Shown: piece after piece, positions 1 through 10,226 of the stretch
How the letters are laid out: every line of letters starts with the position of its first letter
How positions within the stretch are numbered: the first letter of the stretch is position 1
Source of the DNA: an uncultured delta proteobacterium
Lineage (GTDB): Bacteria; Myxococcota_A; Polyangia; Haliangiales; Haliangiaceae
Length of the DNA stretch: 64,000 nt
Assembly (NCBI GenBank): GCA_963848295.1
Contig: CAWKDB010000010.1
Span: forward strand, 896,001-960,000
Reading direction: 5' to 3'
The notes under the pieces: generated by a model
Databases searched by the model: none
What the model saw: only the letters and a program-made list of their open reading frames with translations
What the model was told of the DNA's origin: nothing
Made by a program: the position numbers and the translations under genes

Positions 1-694
1 GTTGTGCGTCAGCCAGCCGCAAGTGATCCTGCAGACCGACGAGCGCGGCAAGGTCACCGAGCCGTACGAAGACGCGGTGATCGATCTCGACGAAGCCTAC
101 GTCGGCGCGGTGGTCGCCGAGCTCAACCGCCGGCTCGGCGTGATGCAAGAGATGCGTCCGTCGGCGCCCGGGCGCACGCGCCTCGAGTACCGCATTCCGG
201 CGCGCGGCCTGATCGGGTATCGCTCGCAGTTCATGACCGACACGCGCGGCACCGGCGTCCTGTACACGCAGTTCGCCGAGTATGCGCAACAAGGGCCCGA
301 CATCCGCACCCGCCAGAATGGGGTGCTGATCTCGAGCGAAGAAGGCGTCACGAACGCTTACGGCCTGTTCTATCTGCAAGAGCGCGGGCAGATGTTCGTG
401 GGGCCGAACGTCAAGAACTACAGCGGCATGATCGTCGGCATCCATGCGCGCGATAACGACCTCGTCGTCAACGCGAACAAGGTCAAGAAGCTCACGAATA
501 TTCGCACGACCGCCGCCGACGAGAAGCTCGTGCTCGCGCCGCCGAAGCAGCTCACGCTCGAATTCGCGCTCGAGTTCATCAACGACGACGAGCTCGTCGA
601 AGTGACGCCGCAGTCGATCCGCCTGCGCAAGATGGTGCTCGACCACAACCTGCGCAAGCGCTTCGAAAAGAAGCCGTCCGAGGTCGCGGGTTAG
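1..694 (+). CDS. typA: Translational GTPase TypA/BipA, C-terminal part (5' end outside window)
   Basis: Motifs [27 protein letters not shown] and [20 protein letters not shown], typical of BipA domain V and C-terminal domain. Confidence 0.96.
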   Translation, partial: LCVSQPQVILQTDERGKVTEPYEDAVIDLDEAYVGAVVAELNRRLGVMQEMRPSAPGRTRLEYRIPARGLIGYRSQFMTDTRGTGVLYTQFAEYAQQGPDIRTRQNGVLISSEEGVTNAYGLFYLQERGQMFVGPNVKNYSGMIVGIHARDNDLVVNANKVKKLTNIRTTAADEKLVLAPPKQLTLEFALEFINDDELVEVTPQSIRLRKMVLDHNLRKRFEKKPSEVAG

Positions 695-714
695 ATAGCT
701 GCCGGCTCGTAGTT

Positions 715-1056
715 CTACAGCGGCGGCGCGCCGCTACCGCTCGCTGCCTTGGCGCACGCGGCGAGCTGGTGCAGGACTTCGGTCGCCTTCGCCTGCTCCG
801 CGTCGTCGAGGTCGAAGCTCTTGACGTCCTTCGGGTCGTGACCTTCGGCGTTGCCCCACGCCGCCATCTTGTCGGCAGCGGCGGCCTCGCAGCCGGCGTC
901 ATGACAGCTGCACATGTCGTCGCGAAACTCGGTGAGCTTCAAGACGACGCCGTTGCTGGCCGCGGTGTCGTCGACCAGGATCGGCCGGTCCGGCGGAGGC
1001 TTGTTCGCGCCGCACGCGACCACGACGGCGAGCACTGCCGCGGTCAGCGCGGTCAC
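715..1056 (-). CDS. Small Cys-containing helical lipoprotein, function unknown
   Basis: GTG at 1056 overlaps the upstream TGA (GTGA); lipobox-like VVAC followed by FRDDMCSCHDAGC...LAAC. Confidence 0.7.
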   Translation of the reverse strand: MTALTAAVLAVVVACGANKPPPDRPILVDDTAASNGVVLKLTEFRDDMCSCHDAGCEAAAADKMAAWGNAEGHDPKDVKSFDLDDAEQAKATEVLHQLAACAKAASGSGAPPL

Positions 1057-1358
1057 GACCGGGCTTTCGCGCGTGGTTGCACGACGCGGACGTCGAACAT
1101 GAAGTGCGCGACGCGATCGACGTCGGTCCCCACCCGGCAAAGGGTCGCGCCCGGCGCCAGACCTTTGACGACAAACACGTTGGAATCGCCGCGGGTGACG
1201 AGCCGAGCGTCGATGAACGTCGTGTCGTCGCAGATGAGCCCGCGTGCGTAGCCGACGTCTACCTCGACGGTCTTGCCGACGGTGATTTCGAGCCGCGTCG
1301 GGTCGGCGTGTGCGGTGGCCGCGACGAGCAACGCGGCGATCGCAAATACGCGGCTCAC
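1053..1358 (-). CDS. Small secreted beta-rich protein, possibly like the pilus-formation N-terminal (CpaC/RcpA-N) domain
   Basis: Signal peptide ending AHA-D; LEITVGKTVEV...FVVKGLAPGATLCRV pattern; family assignment is tentative. Confidence 0.6.
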   Translation of the reverse strand: MSRVFAIAALLVAATAHADPTRLEITVGKTVEVDVGYARGLICDDTTFIDARLVTRGDSNVFVVKGLAPGATLCRVGTDVDRVAHFMFDVRVVQPRAKARS

Positions 1359-1397
1359 GACGACAGCGTAGCTCCGGCGCGCGCTGCGGGCCAGATC

Positions 1398-1913
1398 TCA
1401 CGTCGGGTCACGCAGATCGAGGAGCAGGTGGTGCTCATCGACGTACGTATCGCCGACCTTGAGTGCGCGCGGCTCGGTGCCGAACACGACGAAGCCGAGC
1501 GAGCGGTAGAGCGCACGTGCCGGCGCTTGCGGCACAGCGACGCTGACCAGGATCTGCTCGAGCGACGAGTCGCGCTTCGCGCCATCGATCAGGTACGACA
1601 TCAGGGCGCGAGCGAGCCCGCGCCGACGATGGCTCGCGGCGACGTACATGCCGTAGATGCCGCCCTTGTGGCGGTCCTTCCCACCGAATTCGCGTCTGAA
1701 CGTCGCGATCCCGACGAGGATGTCGTCGTCGAACGCCCCGGCGGTGACCTGATCGGGCGATGTGTCGCGGAACCGCGCCGCGATCGTCTCGACCCGAGTC
1801 ATCCGGTGCTCGTCGGCAGACTTGCCGAAAGCGAGGGGCTCGGTCTCGAGCGCGGTGAGGCGGATGGCCCACCACGCGCCCGCATCGGCCTCGCCCAGAT
1901 CGCGAACGTGCAT
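1398..1913 (-). CDS. GNAT family N-acetyltransferase
   Basis: MYVAASHRRRGLARALM acetyl-CoA motif and ARALYRSLGF. Confidence 0.92.
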   Translation of the reverse strand: MHVRDLGEADAGAWWAIRLTALETEPLAFGKSADEHRMTRVETIAARFRDTSPDQVTAGAFDDDILVGIATFRREFGGKDRHKGGIYGMYVAASHRRRGLARALMSYLIDGAKRDSSLEQILVSVAVPQAPARALYRSLGFVVFGTEPRALKVGDTYVDEHHLLLDLRDPT

Positions 1914-1938
1914 GTCGGCGACAGTACCGCGAGTGGTC

Positions 1939-2631
1939 CTACGCCGCGAGTTGCGTCGCGGCCGTCGCGTCGATCACCACGACGGCGCGCTCCGCGACTT
2001 CGGTCCAGTGGTCGGAGTCGGTGAGCGGCTCGCTGGCGACGAACGAGACGCCGTCGCGATGGGCGAAGAACAGCGTGCGACCGAGGCGGTGCGCGAACAG
2101 CCGAGCGCCACCCGACAACAAGAACGTGGCCGAGCCGAGTCCGGCGATCGCGTGGAGCGCGCGTACCGCGCTGGCGACGCCGCGTGCAACATCGCCCGCT
2201 TCGTCGATCCGCGTGAGCACGAACGCGAACAAGCGCTCGCTGTCGGTAGAGCCCTCGATCGCGGCGATGTGCTCGGGTGCGGTGCGCCCGATCAGCTCCG
2301 CGAGTGCGGGCTCCGCGACCGTGCCGTTATGCGCGAACACGAAGTGGCCGTGACGGAACGGATGCGAGTTCGCGATCGCGAGCTCGCCGACCGTCCTCTT
2401 GCGAACGTGCGCGATGACGAGCGTCGCGCCGAAATCCATCGTCGCGTATTGGGTGCAGCGCGCGGCGCAGGTCGTGCGTCGGTGCACCACCCAGTCGTCG
2501 CCTTGACGGAGCGCGACGCCCCAGCCATCGGCGTGCTCTTGCGATAGCGCGCGCAAGCTTCGCGGCGCGTCGTACAGCAAGTCGCGCACCGACGTCGGCG
2601 CCGCTGCGGCCATTCCAAGCATCCGGCACAT
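1939..2631 (-). CDS. Class II glutamine amidotransferase (YafJ/EgtC-like Ntn hydrolase)
   Basis: N-terminal MCR nucleophile, HADGWG, AHVRK, NSHPF, FAHNG, TDSE, ASEPL. Confidence 0.92.
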   Translation of the reverse strand: MCRMLGMAAAAPTSVRDLLYDAPRSLRALSQEHADGWGVALRQGDDWVVHRRTTCAARCTQYATMDFGATLVIAHVRKRTVGELAIANSHPFRHGHFVFAHNGTVAEPALAELIGRTAPEHIAAIEGSTDSERLFAFVLTRIDEAGDVARGVASAVRALHAIAGLGSATFLLSGGARLFAHRLGRTLFFAHRDGVSFVASEPLTDSDHWTEVAERAVVVIDATAATQLAA

Positions 2632-2723
2632 ACCGCGTCAGGATATCCGACGCGCGATCGCGCGCGAGTATTCAATCACGGCGCGCCCGATCGATCGGGT
2701 GCCTGTGGCGCTCTTTGCCCCTA

Positions 2724-2751
2724 TTGACCGCGTTCCAATACGGCGTACGAT
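2724..2751 (+). promoter_or_regulatory. Sigma70-like promoter of the lipase gene
   Basis: TTGACC (2724-2729), 16-nt spacer, TACGAT (2746-2751), 7 nt before ATG 2759. Confidence 0.5.
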
Positions 2752-2758
2752 GCCGCGC

Positions 2759-3736
2759 ATGAGGGGACCTGTCGCGATCGCCGCGCTTGGTATCGCCGCG
2801 TGCAGCTCGCACCTGTCGAGCATCGACCCCGACGCGATCGCGGCGACCACCGACGGCACCGTGCTGGCCGACGCCGCACCACACGGCCCGTATCCGATCG
2901 TGCTCGCCCACGGTTTGTTCGGCTTCGATTCGATCGGCCCGCTCGATTATTTCTACGGCATCCCGGCCGCGCTCGAAGCGAACGGTCGCACGGTGTTCAC
3001 GCCTCGGGTCGATGCCGTGCAATCGGCCGAGATTCGCGGCGCTCAGCTCGTGACCGCGATCGAAGCGGCGCGCGCACAGACCGGTGCGGCGAAGGTCATC
3101 GTGATCGGCCACTCGCAGGGCGGCATCGATGCGCGGTGGGCCGCGTGGGACGATCCCGATGCGGTCGCCGCGGTCGTCACGATCGCAACTCCGCATCGCG
3201 GCAGCCCGGTCGCCGACGTCGCCGAGGCGATCGCGCCCGGCGACTCGACCGCCGCGCTCAGCGCGCTCGCTGATCTGTTCGGGCTCTCGACCTCCGGGTC
3301 GAGCTCGAGCTTCGAGGGCGCGCTCGACTCGCTGACGACCTCGGGCTCCGCGATCTTCAACTCCACCGTGCTCGACGTCCCGGGCATCCCGTACTTCTCG
3401 GTCGCCGGTCGGTCGGCGCTCGCTGGATCGGATGCCTGCCCACCGGCCGCGCAACCGTTCATGGCGACGTGGGACAGCAGCCGCAATCCGCTGGGCATCG
3501 AGCTCCTGCCGGTCGCCGGCATCCTCGCGGCCGCGGAGTTGCCGGAGACGCCGACCCAGGATGGGCTCGTCACGGTCGACTCGGCGCAGTGGGGTACGTT
3601 CCTAGGCTGCATTCCCGCCGATCATCTCGACGAGGTCTGTCAGATCGCCGGCGAGTCGCCCGGGCTCGGCAACGACTTCGATTGCCTCGCGTTCTGGAGC
3701 GACCTCGAGCAGTTCCTGCGAGCGCAAGGCCTCTAG
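2759..3736 (+). CDS. Secreted/lipoprotein triacylglycerol lipase (family I-like alpha/beta hydrolase)
   Basis: YPIVLAHGLFGF, GHSQGG, TPHRGS, DGLV, DHLDEV; lipobox IAAC; start chosen at ATG 2759 (2750 is an alternative). Confidence 0.9.
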   Translation: MRGPVAIAALGIAACSSHLSSIDPDAIAATTDGTVLADAAPHGPYPIVLAHGLFGFDSIGPLDYFYGIPAALEANGRTVFTPRVDAVQSAEIRGAQLVTAIEAARAQTGAAKVIVIGHSQGGIDARWAAWDDPDAVAAVVTIATPHRGSPVADVAEAIAPGDSTAALSALADLFGLSTSGSSSSFEGALDSLTTSGSAIFNSTVLDVPGIPYFSVAGRSALAGSDACPPAAQPFMATWDSSRNPLGIELLPVAGILAAAELPETPTQDGLVTVDSAQWGTFLGCIPADHLDEVCQIAGESPGLGNDFDCLAFWSDLEQFLRAQGL

Positions 3737-6700
3737 AGCGACGCGTCGAGCACGGCGCGGAACTCGGGGTCGCCGAGATACTTCGCGAAGTCGCCGTCGG
3801 TCTCGAACTGTGCGGGGCTCTTGCCGAGCTCGAGCGAGCGCTTCGTGAACCGCAGCATGCGCTCGCGGTCGCCTCGACTCGCGTACAGGCAGGCGAGGTT
3901 GAACGCGAGGATGTCCCACTCGACCTGCTCGGGGATCAGCGGCGTCAGCGCGGCGACCGCGGACTCGTCCTTGGAGTTGATCGCGATCCCGATCAGCTGG
4001 GCGAGCACGCGCTCGAGGATCTTGCCGCGCAGCTGCAGCTTCGACAGATCGCGTGCGAGCTGGCAGAACTGCGGCCACAGGTCCTCGTGGTCGGCGTTCT
4101 GCCCGAGGTCGTCGGCGAGGCCGCGCAGGTTGTCCTTGTCGTCGCGCACGGGCCGGACGTAGCCGTCGCAGGAAGCGAGCAACGCGATCGCGACGCCGAG
4201 CTTCTCGCGATCGAAGTGACCGAGGCGTGCGAGCGCCGCGGTGACCTCGCGCGCCCGGCCTTCCGCCGCGGTGATGCCGTCGAGCTCGTTCGCCCACGCG
4301 TGTAACGGCGCGCACTGCGCGGCTACGCGCTCGGCGACCGCAGCCATCGCGCGCTCGGTCTCCGGCGTCTCCGGCTCGTCGTTCCAGCGATTGCTCGCGC
4401 GCTCGATCTCGCCGACGCTCTTGGTCCGAAGCTTCAGCACCTCGTCGCGCAGGCGGTTCGCGATGTCGTGCGGCGCCATGCCGAGCTCGCCGACGATGGA
4501 GCGCCCGATCAGACCTGACCGACCCGCGAGCGCGATCGCCTCGCCGAGCCCGCCATCGTGACCGAGCTCGCGCCACAGTCCGAGCAACGTGCGCAGCGCC
4601 GTCGCGTCGAGGCCATCGCACTTGTTCGCGTTCCACAGCGCGCCTTGCAGATCCTTCTTCGCGTCGCGCTTCGGCAGCGCCGCCATCGTCGCGAGCGCGG
4701 CGCTCACTCGCGCCGACTGCTCCGACTTGAGCTCCGCTTCGAGTGCCGTGCGCGCGCGCATCGCCGCGAGCTTGTCCTCGACGCGCGCCCGCACCTGCGT
4801 CAGCATCGCCTTCGCGCCGGCATCCTCGAGGGTCGAGAACGACTCGAACAACTGCGCTGCTTGGTCCTCGTCGCCGTATTGCCCGACGTAGTCGATGTAC
4901 TTCTCGAGTCGCTTGGCGACCGCTTCGCGATCCTCCCCCCGGCTGCGCTCGAGCGCGGGCGCGAACAACGAGCTCATCTGGTCCTCACCGAAGTGGCCGT
5001 CGCTGCACCACGCGACCAGTCGAGCGAGCGCCTTGCCGCCGAGCTGGGGCAGCACGTCTTCGATCAGCCGATCCTGCGCGTAGTCCTCGAAGAACCGATG
5101 GCCGGTGTCGTAGTACTCGTTCGCGTGCTCGAACGCCTCGACGAGCAGGAGCTGAGCCTCGTCGTCGCCGCGCTTCGCGACCTCTTGCGCGGTTCGTACC
5201 GCAGCGTCGTAGTCGTCGTTCGTGGTGTGGAACGTGATGCGGAACGTGCGCGCGAGCACCTTCGGCGAGAGCCGCGCGCCGTGGCGCGCGAGCGCGGCGT
5301 CGAGCGGCGGCAAGGCACGACTCGGTTTCACGCGGGCGGACGCCTTGATCTCGCCGTCATCGTCGTCGTCCGCCTCGCCGTCATCAGCTTCGTCGCCGTC
5401 GTCATCGACTTCGTCGTCATCGCGCTTCGCCGCCGGTGGCACGGGGCCGAGCCCGAGCGCAGCGCCAATCGCCGACTGATCTCTGGTCGATGACGCGATC
5501 GCCCAGGTCGCGAGCTGCTCGAGCGCGGTCTCGACCACCGACAGTTGCGAGGAATCGAGCATGCCGATGATGTCGCCGACCGGCGGCAGCGCGCGCAAAG
5601 CGGCGCGTTGTTTGTACTGCTCGAGCACCTCGTCGGCGGCGGCGAGCTCGACGTCGAGCGCGTAGACCGCCTCGAGGTTCTTCGATTCAATCCTCGAGAC
5701 ATCCAGCTTGTTCAGCGCCGGTAGCGCGCGCAACGCGTCGAGCGACTCCGGCCGGCACGACGCGAGGTCGAGCTCGCGCAGCTTCGTCAGCTTTGCGAGC
5801 GGCGACAAATCTCGCACGCGATCGCATTGCTCGAGGCTCAGCACCTCGAGCTCGACCAAGCCGGCGAGTGGCTCGAGCGTCGTCATCCCGGACCACTCGA
5901 GGCGCAGCTCGCGCAGCTTCTCGAGCGGCGCGATCGGCGCGAGATCGAACACACCGCACTGGCCGAGTGCGAGCACCTCGAGCCCGGTCATCTGCGACAG
6001 CACGCGGGGCAGCGGCTTGAGCTTGTCGATGTCGTCGAACCGCGACAGCAGCGCACCGCTATTGAGGGCGCCGGCCAGGTCGAGCTCGCGCAGCCGCGTC
6101 AGGTTCGCGAAGCTCGCGGGCAGCCCCGAGACGTGACCGCTGATCTTCAGCACCTCAAGCCCGCGCAGCGCGCCGACGACCTCGGGGATCGCGCGATCGG
6201 GTAGATCGCCGAGCTCGAGCGCGCGCAGCGCCGGCAGCTTCGCGAGCGCGGCCGGCAGCGTCTTGATCGGGCACGACAGGCACAGCCGCTCGAGGCGTGC
6301 GAGCTCGGCGATCTCGGCCAGAACCTCGCCGACAACCTCGCCGCCGCCTTGCGCCCCGCCGGTCACCCACAGCTCGCGCAACCGCGGGAGCTTCGCCGCG
6401 ACCGTGCCCAGGCTGCGCGTGAGGTCGCTCGCCTCGAACCGCAGCTGCTCGAGCTTCGGGAGCGCTGCTAGCGCTGCGAGATCGTCGACGAGCGTGCGCA
6501 GCGCCAGCGAGACGAGATGCGCGAGACCGCCGAGCTCGGGCAGCACGCCGGTCGTGCCGATGACCTCGAGTCGCTGCAACGCCGGTAACGCCCCGGCGAT
6601 CGCGCGCAGGTCCATCTCGAGCGTCTCGGTCCGGAGCTCGAGCTCGACGAGCGTGCGCGGCCACGCGACCTTCGAACAATCGGCGCCCGCGAGATCGAGC

Positions 6701-6960
6701 GCGGTCAGGCGCAGCTCGGCGACCAGCGCCGGGACCACGAGCGCGGCGCCTTTTCGCGGCCGAAGCGCCAGCGAGCTCAGCTTCGGCAGCGACAGCAGCG
6801 CACGCGGCAGGACGAGGTCATCGGGACACTTCGATAAGTGGATGCGCTCGACCGAGGTCAACGCCGCGACCCGATCGTCGAGCACTTCGCCGTCCGCGAA
6901 GTCGATCGAGAGCGAGTCGGTGTCGGGTTCGTTCGCGAGTGCTTCGTCGAGGTTCGGCAC
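3733..6960 (-). CDS. Large leucine-rich-repeat protein with helical middle region and C-terminal TPR-like motif
   Basis: Repeated LxxLxxLxL units over about the first 430 aa, acidic linker, C-terminal FNLACLYASRGD...DGDF motif. Confidence 0.85.
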   Translation of the reverse strand: MPNLDEALANEPDTDSLSIDFADGEVLDDRVAALTSVERIHLSKCPDDLVLPRALLSLPKLSSLALRPRKGAALVVPALVAELRLTALDLAGADCSKVAWPRTLVELELRTETLEMDLRAIAGALPALQRLEVIGTTGVLPELGGLAHLVSLALRTLVDDLAALAALPKLEQLRFEASDLTRSLGTVAAKLPRLRELWVTGGAQGGGEVVGEVLAEIAELARLERLCLSCPIKTLPAALAKLPALRALELGDLPDRAIPEVVGALRGLEVLKISGHVSGLPASFANLTRLRELDLAGALNSGALLSRFDDIDKLKPLPRVLSQMTGLEVLALGQCGVFDLAPIAPLEKLRELRLEWSGMTTLEPLAGLVELEVLSLEQCDRVRDLSPLAKLTKLRELDLASCRPESLDALRALPALNKLDVSRIESKNLEAVYALDVELAAADEVLEQYKQRAALRALPPVGDIIGMLDSSQLSVVETALEQLATWAIASSTRDQSAIGAALGLGPVPPAAKRDDDEVDDDGDEADDGEADDDDDGEIKASARVKPSRALPPLDAALARHGARLSPKVLARTFRITFHTTNDDYDAAVRTAQEVAKRGDDEAQLLLVEAFEHANEYYDTGHRFFEDYAQDRLIEDVLPQLGGKALARLVAWCSDGHFGEDQMSSLFAPALERSRGEDREAVAKRLEKYIDYVGQYGDEDQAAQLFESFSTLEDAGAKAMLTQVRARVEDKLAAMRARTALEAELKSEQSARVSAALATMAALPKRDAKKDLQGALWNANKCDGLDATALRTLLGLWRELGHDGGLGEAIALAGRSGLIGRSIVGELGMAPHDIANRLRDEVLKLRTKSVGEIERASNRWNDEPETPETERAMAAVAERVAAQCAPLHAWANELDGITAAEGRAREVTAALARLGHFDREKLGVAIALLASCDGYVRPVRDDKDNLRGLADDLGQNADHEDLWPQFCQLARDLSKLQLRGKILERVLAQLIGIAINSKDESAVAALTPLIPEQVEWDILAFNLACLYASRGDRERMLRFTKRSLELGKSPAQFETDGDFAKYLGDPEFRAVLDASL

Positions 6961-7054
6961 TCCCCGAGGTTACCGAATTCGCGGACCGCGCTGCACCCGG
7001 TCCGTTCGCGTTCGTCGCTACTCCCGTCGATCGCGGCATGGTACGGATCGAGGC

Positions 7055-8161
7055 GTGAAAGCCGCCGCGGTCTTCGTCGCGCTTGCTGCGTGTCACGCGC
7101 CTGCGACCCACGAGCAAGCACGCACGTCGAGCACCGACTACGCGGACCCGAAGATGTGGATGTGCCGGCCCGACAAGCTCGACGATCCGTGTCACGGCGA
7201 TCTGTCGACGACGGTGTTCAACGCCGATGGCAGCCGCACGGTCGAGCCGCACGCCTCGACGACCGACGCACCGATCGACTGCTTCTACATCTATCCGACC
7301 GTCGACTTGAATCTGATCCCGGGCAACCACACCGACTTCTCCGACCTCACGGCGATCCGCAAGACGACGATCGCGCAGGTCGCGCGGTTCGCCGAGGTGT
7401 GTAACGTGTACGCGCCGCTCTATCGCCAGGCGACGATCTCGACGTTCTGGGCCGCAAAGGACGAGCAGGCGCGGTTCTTCAACGTCGCGTACTCCGATCT
7501 CGCGGGCGCGTTCCACGAGTACCTGACCCACTACGATCGCGGCCGGCCGATCGTGATCATCGGTCACTCGCAAGGCGCGATGATGGCGTCGCGGCTGCTG
7601 CACGATACGTTCGACCAGAGCGAACCACTGCGCGCGCGCCTGCTCGTCGCGATGCCGATCGGGTACCTCGTCGATGTCCCGGACGGTGGCGAGACCGGCG
7701 GTACGTTCGATCATCTCGTGGCTTGCACGACGCCCGATCAGCTCGGCTGCGTGATCACCTACCGCAGCGCCGCGGCCGGTCACGTTCCGAAAGGGTTTCG
7801 CGATCAGCTCGCACCCGGTCATCACGCGCTGTGCGTGAGCCCCGCGCTATCCCCGACGCTGAGCGAGAGCATCTTCCCCGCGTTCAGCCACGAGCATGGC
7901 GTTACGACACCGTTCGCATCGGTCAAAGGCTTCTACACCGGGCAATGCGACTCGCGCCCGGGCGGCCACGACTACTTCGAGATCAAAGAAGCGAAGCAGC
8001 CCGACGACAAGCGGCCGAGTCTCGTCAAGCTCGGTGGCGGCGCGCTCGAGATCGGCGACCTCGGCTTACACATCTACGACTTTCAGTTCGCGCAGGGCGA
8101 CCTGATCGCCGCGATCAAGACGAAGTATGCGGCGTGGGCGGTGGCGCACCCTCGTCGCTAG
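7055..8161 (+). CDS. DUF3089-like alpha/beta hydrolase lipoprotein
   Basis: Lipobox LAAC; WMCRP, DCFYIYPTV, YAPLYRQ, GHSQG, LHIYD; true start is GTG 7055 inside the 6263 ORF. Confidence 0.85.
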   Translation: MKAAAVFVALAACHAPATHEQARTSSTDYADPKMWMCRPDKLDDPCHGDLSTTVFNADGSRTVEPHASTTDAPIDCFYIYPTVDLNLIPGNHTDFSDLTAIRKTTIAQVARFAEVCNVYAPLYRQATISTFWAAKDEQARFFNVAYSDLAGAFHEYLTHYDRGRPIVIIGHSQGAMMASRLLHDTFDQSEPLRARLLVAMPIGYLVDVPDGGETGGTFDHLVACTTPDQLGCVITYRSAAAGHVPKGFRDQLAPGHHALCVSPALSPTLSESIFPAFSHEHGVTTPFASVKGFYTGQCDSRPGGHDYFEIKEAKQPDDKRPSLVKLGGGALEIGDLGLHIYDFQFAQGDLIAAIKTKYAAWAVAHPRR

Positions 8162-10225
8162 CGCCGGCTCGCGGTCACCGCGGCGATCGCCGCAGCGGCC
8201 GCGGGATTCGCGCGATCGGGATCGAGCGCGGTCGCCCAATCGGAGACGCGGCGCTGCCAGTTCGCGCGCTCGCTCGTCGTCCCCGGCACGTTGTGCGGCA
8301 GCGGATCGAGTGCGAGATCATCGAGCGAGACCAGCGCGATCTCGGCCGGGCCGGCGGCGAGGTCGGCGGTCGCTGCGACCATGGCGCGCTCGGGCTCGGA
8401 CAGCGTCGGATTCGCGTCACCGGCAAATGCGAGGAGCGCGGTGCGCTGTTCGGCGCGTTCGGCGCGCTCGCGTGCGACTTGCGCGTCATCGATCAAGCCG
8501 AGGTCGCGCTTGTCGTCGATGTCGAAGCCGTGCCACCAGCCGGCGAACGTCGGAGTGTCATGGGTGTTGAGGCTCGCCACCGAGGGCGCCGGCGCGGGCC
8601 CGGGCGCTTCGCCGACGTGCATCGGCATGCTCCATTGCGCGACGTGCAGGCGGTACAGCCCGTGGCGCGCCATCGCCGGGCGCACGAAGTCGGGCACCGT
8701 GCCGAGATCCTCACCGGCGAGCGCACAGCGCGCGCGCTGCGATTCGAGCACGAGGATCGCGAGCAGCTCGTCGGCGCGATAGCGGACGTAGACGCCGTCG
8801 GTCGCCGGCCGGCCCTGCGGGATGCAGTACATCCGGAACAAGCCCATCACGTGATCGACGCGCAACATCCCGGCGACCCGCATGTGATGGCGCACGCACG
8901 CGATGAAGTAGCGATAGCGATCGCGGCGCAACGCGATCGGCGACAGCGGCGGCAGGCCCCAGTCTTGGCCGCCGAGGAATAGCGCGTCGGGTGGCGCGCC
9001 GGCGGCGAGGTCGAGCACGAACTGATCGCGCCAGCGCCACACCTCGTAGGCGTCGGCCGACACGCCGACCGGCAGATCGAGATAGAGCTGCGCCGGGCCG
9101 AGCGACTCGAGCTGGCGTTGCATCGCCCATTGCGCGACGACGTGGCTGTCGACGCGCACCGGGTCGCCGGCGAACGCGATCGCGGCGGCTCGATCGCGGA
9201 TGAACGGTACGCTATCGCGATCAGCTGCACGCCAGGTGCGCCAGCCGGCGCGCGCTCTCTCACCGACAGCGCGGAACGCCGCGTAGTCGTAAGCGCCGGC
9301 CTCGATCCCCCACGCTTCGATCGCGGCCGCGCGCGCCGGATCCGCGAACAGCCGCGCCGCGAACGCATCGAGCGCGGGGCGGCGCCACTTGTACTGAGCG
9401 CGATAGTCGATCAGTGTCCCGGTCACCGGCGGTGCCGTCGGACCCGGCATGCCGACCAGAGCCGCGAGCGCTTCGAGGTCGAGGTAGAGCTCGTTCCAAT
9501 ACAATCGGCTCGCCGGCGAGTACGGCGAGAACGCGTAGGGTTCCTCGAGAAACGCCGCGAGGATCGGCAGCGTCGCGACGTACGTGCCGCCGCGCCGCGC
9601 GGTCGCCTCGAACAGCTCGCGCAGCGTGGCGAGGTCACCCGTCGCGCCGGACTCCTGCGACGCCAAGCCGTAGACCGGCGCGAACACGCCCCAGCGGCGA
9701 GGCCCGGCGCCCGGCGCGCGCCACGCCAGCATGGGCGCACAGATCGCGAGCGCCTCGCCCGTCGCACCGGCAGCTCGCCAACGCAGCGAGTGATAGCCGT
9801 GCTCGCCGACGTGGATCGTCGCGCGCCGGATGCAGCGCAGTGACGGCGTCGGCCTGCGCGTGCGAGTCGGCCGGCAGCTCGAATAACCGGCCGCGCGTGC
9901 GGCTCTTGCCGCCGCCTTCGGTCGTGACCTCGAGCTCCCAGTCGCCGTCGCGATCGGCGACAACCGAGAACGGCACGACGACCACGCGGTCCCAACCGAC
10001 GACGACCGGCGGCACGATCTCGGCCCAGCGCGCGTGCTCCAGCACGGCGAGCGCGGCGGGCGCATCGTCCGCGTTGCGGACCGCGATACCGAGGTCGGGC
10101 CCGAGCGCGGAGAGCGCCTGCAACAACGCCTCGTCGCTCGACGCCCACGGCTTCTGCTGCCAGTTCGCGTACTCCGGATCGAGGCCAGCGCGCGCGCGCG
10201 AGCTCTTGTGAGTCGACGACGCCAC
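8158..10225 (-). CDS. malQ: 4-alpha-glucanotransferase (GH77 amylomaltase), with frameshift(s) in the 5' part
   Basis: SPYSP, LYLDLPVG, GAPPD...GQDWGLPP, LRVDHVMG, GEDLG, THDTPT, NVPGT; N-terminus (EYANWQ...SDEALLQAL) lies in another frame. Confidence 0.9.
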
Positions 10226-10226
10226 G

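Noticed and set aside
895..916. Heme-binding motif in the small lipoprotein (MCSCH)
   Set aside because: The spacing is CxCH, not CxxCH; these are more likely disulfide cysteines.
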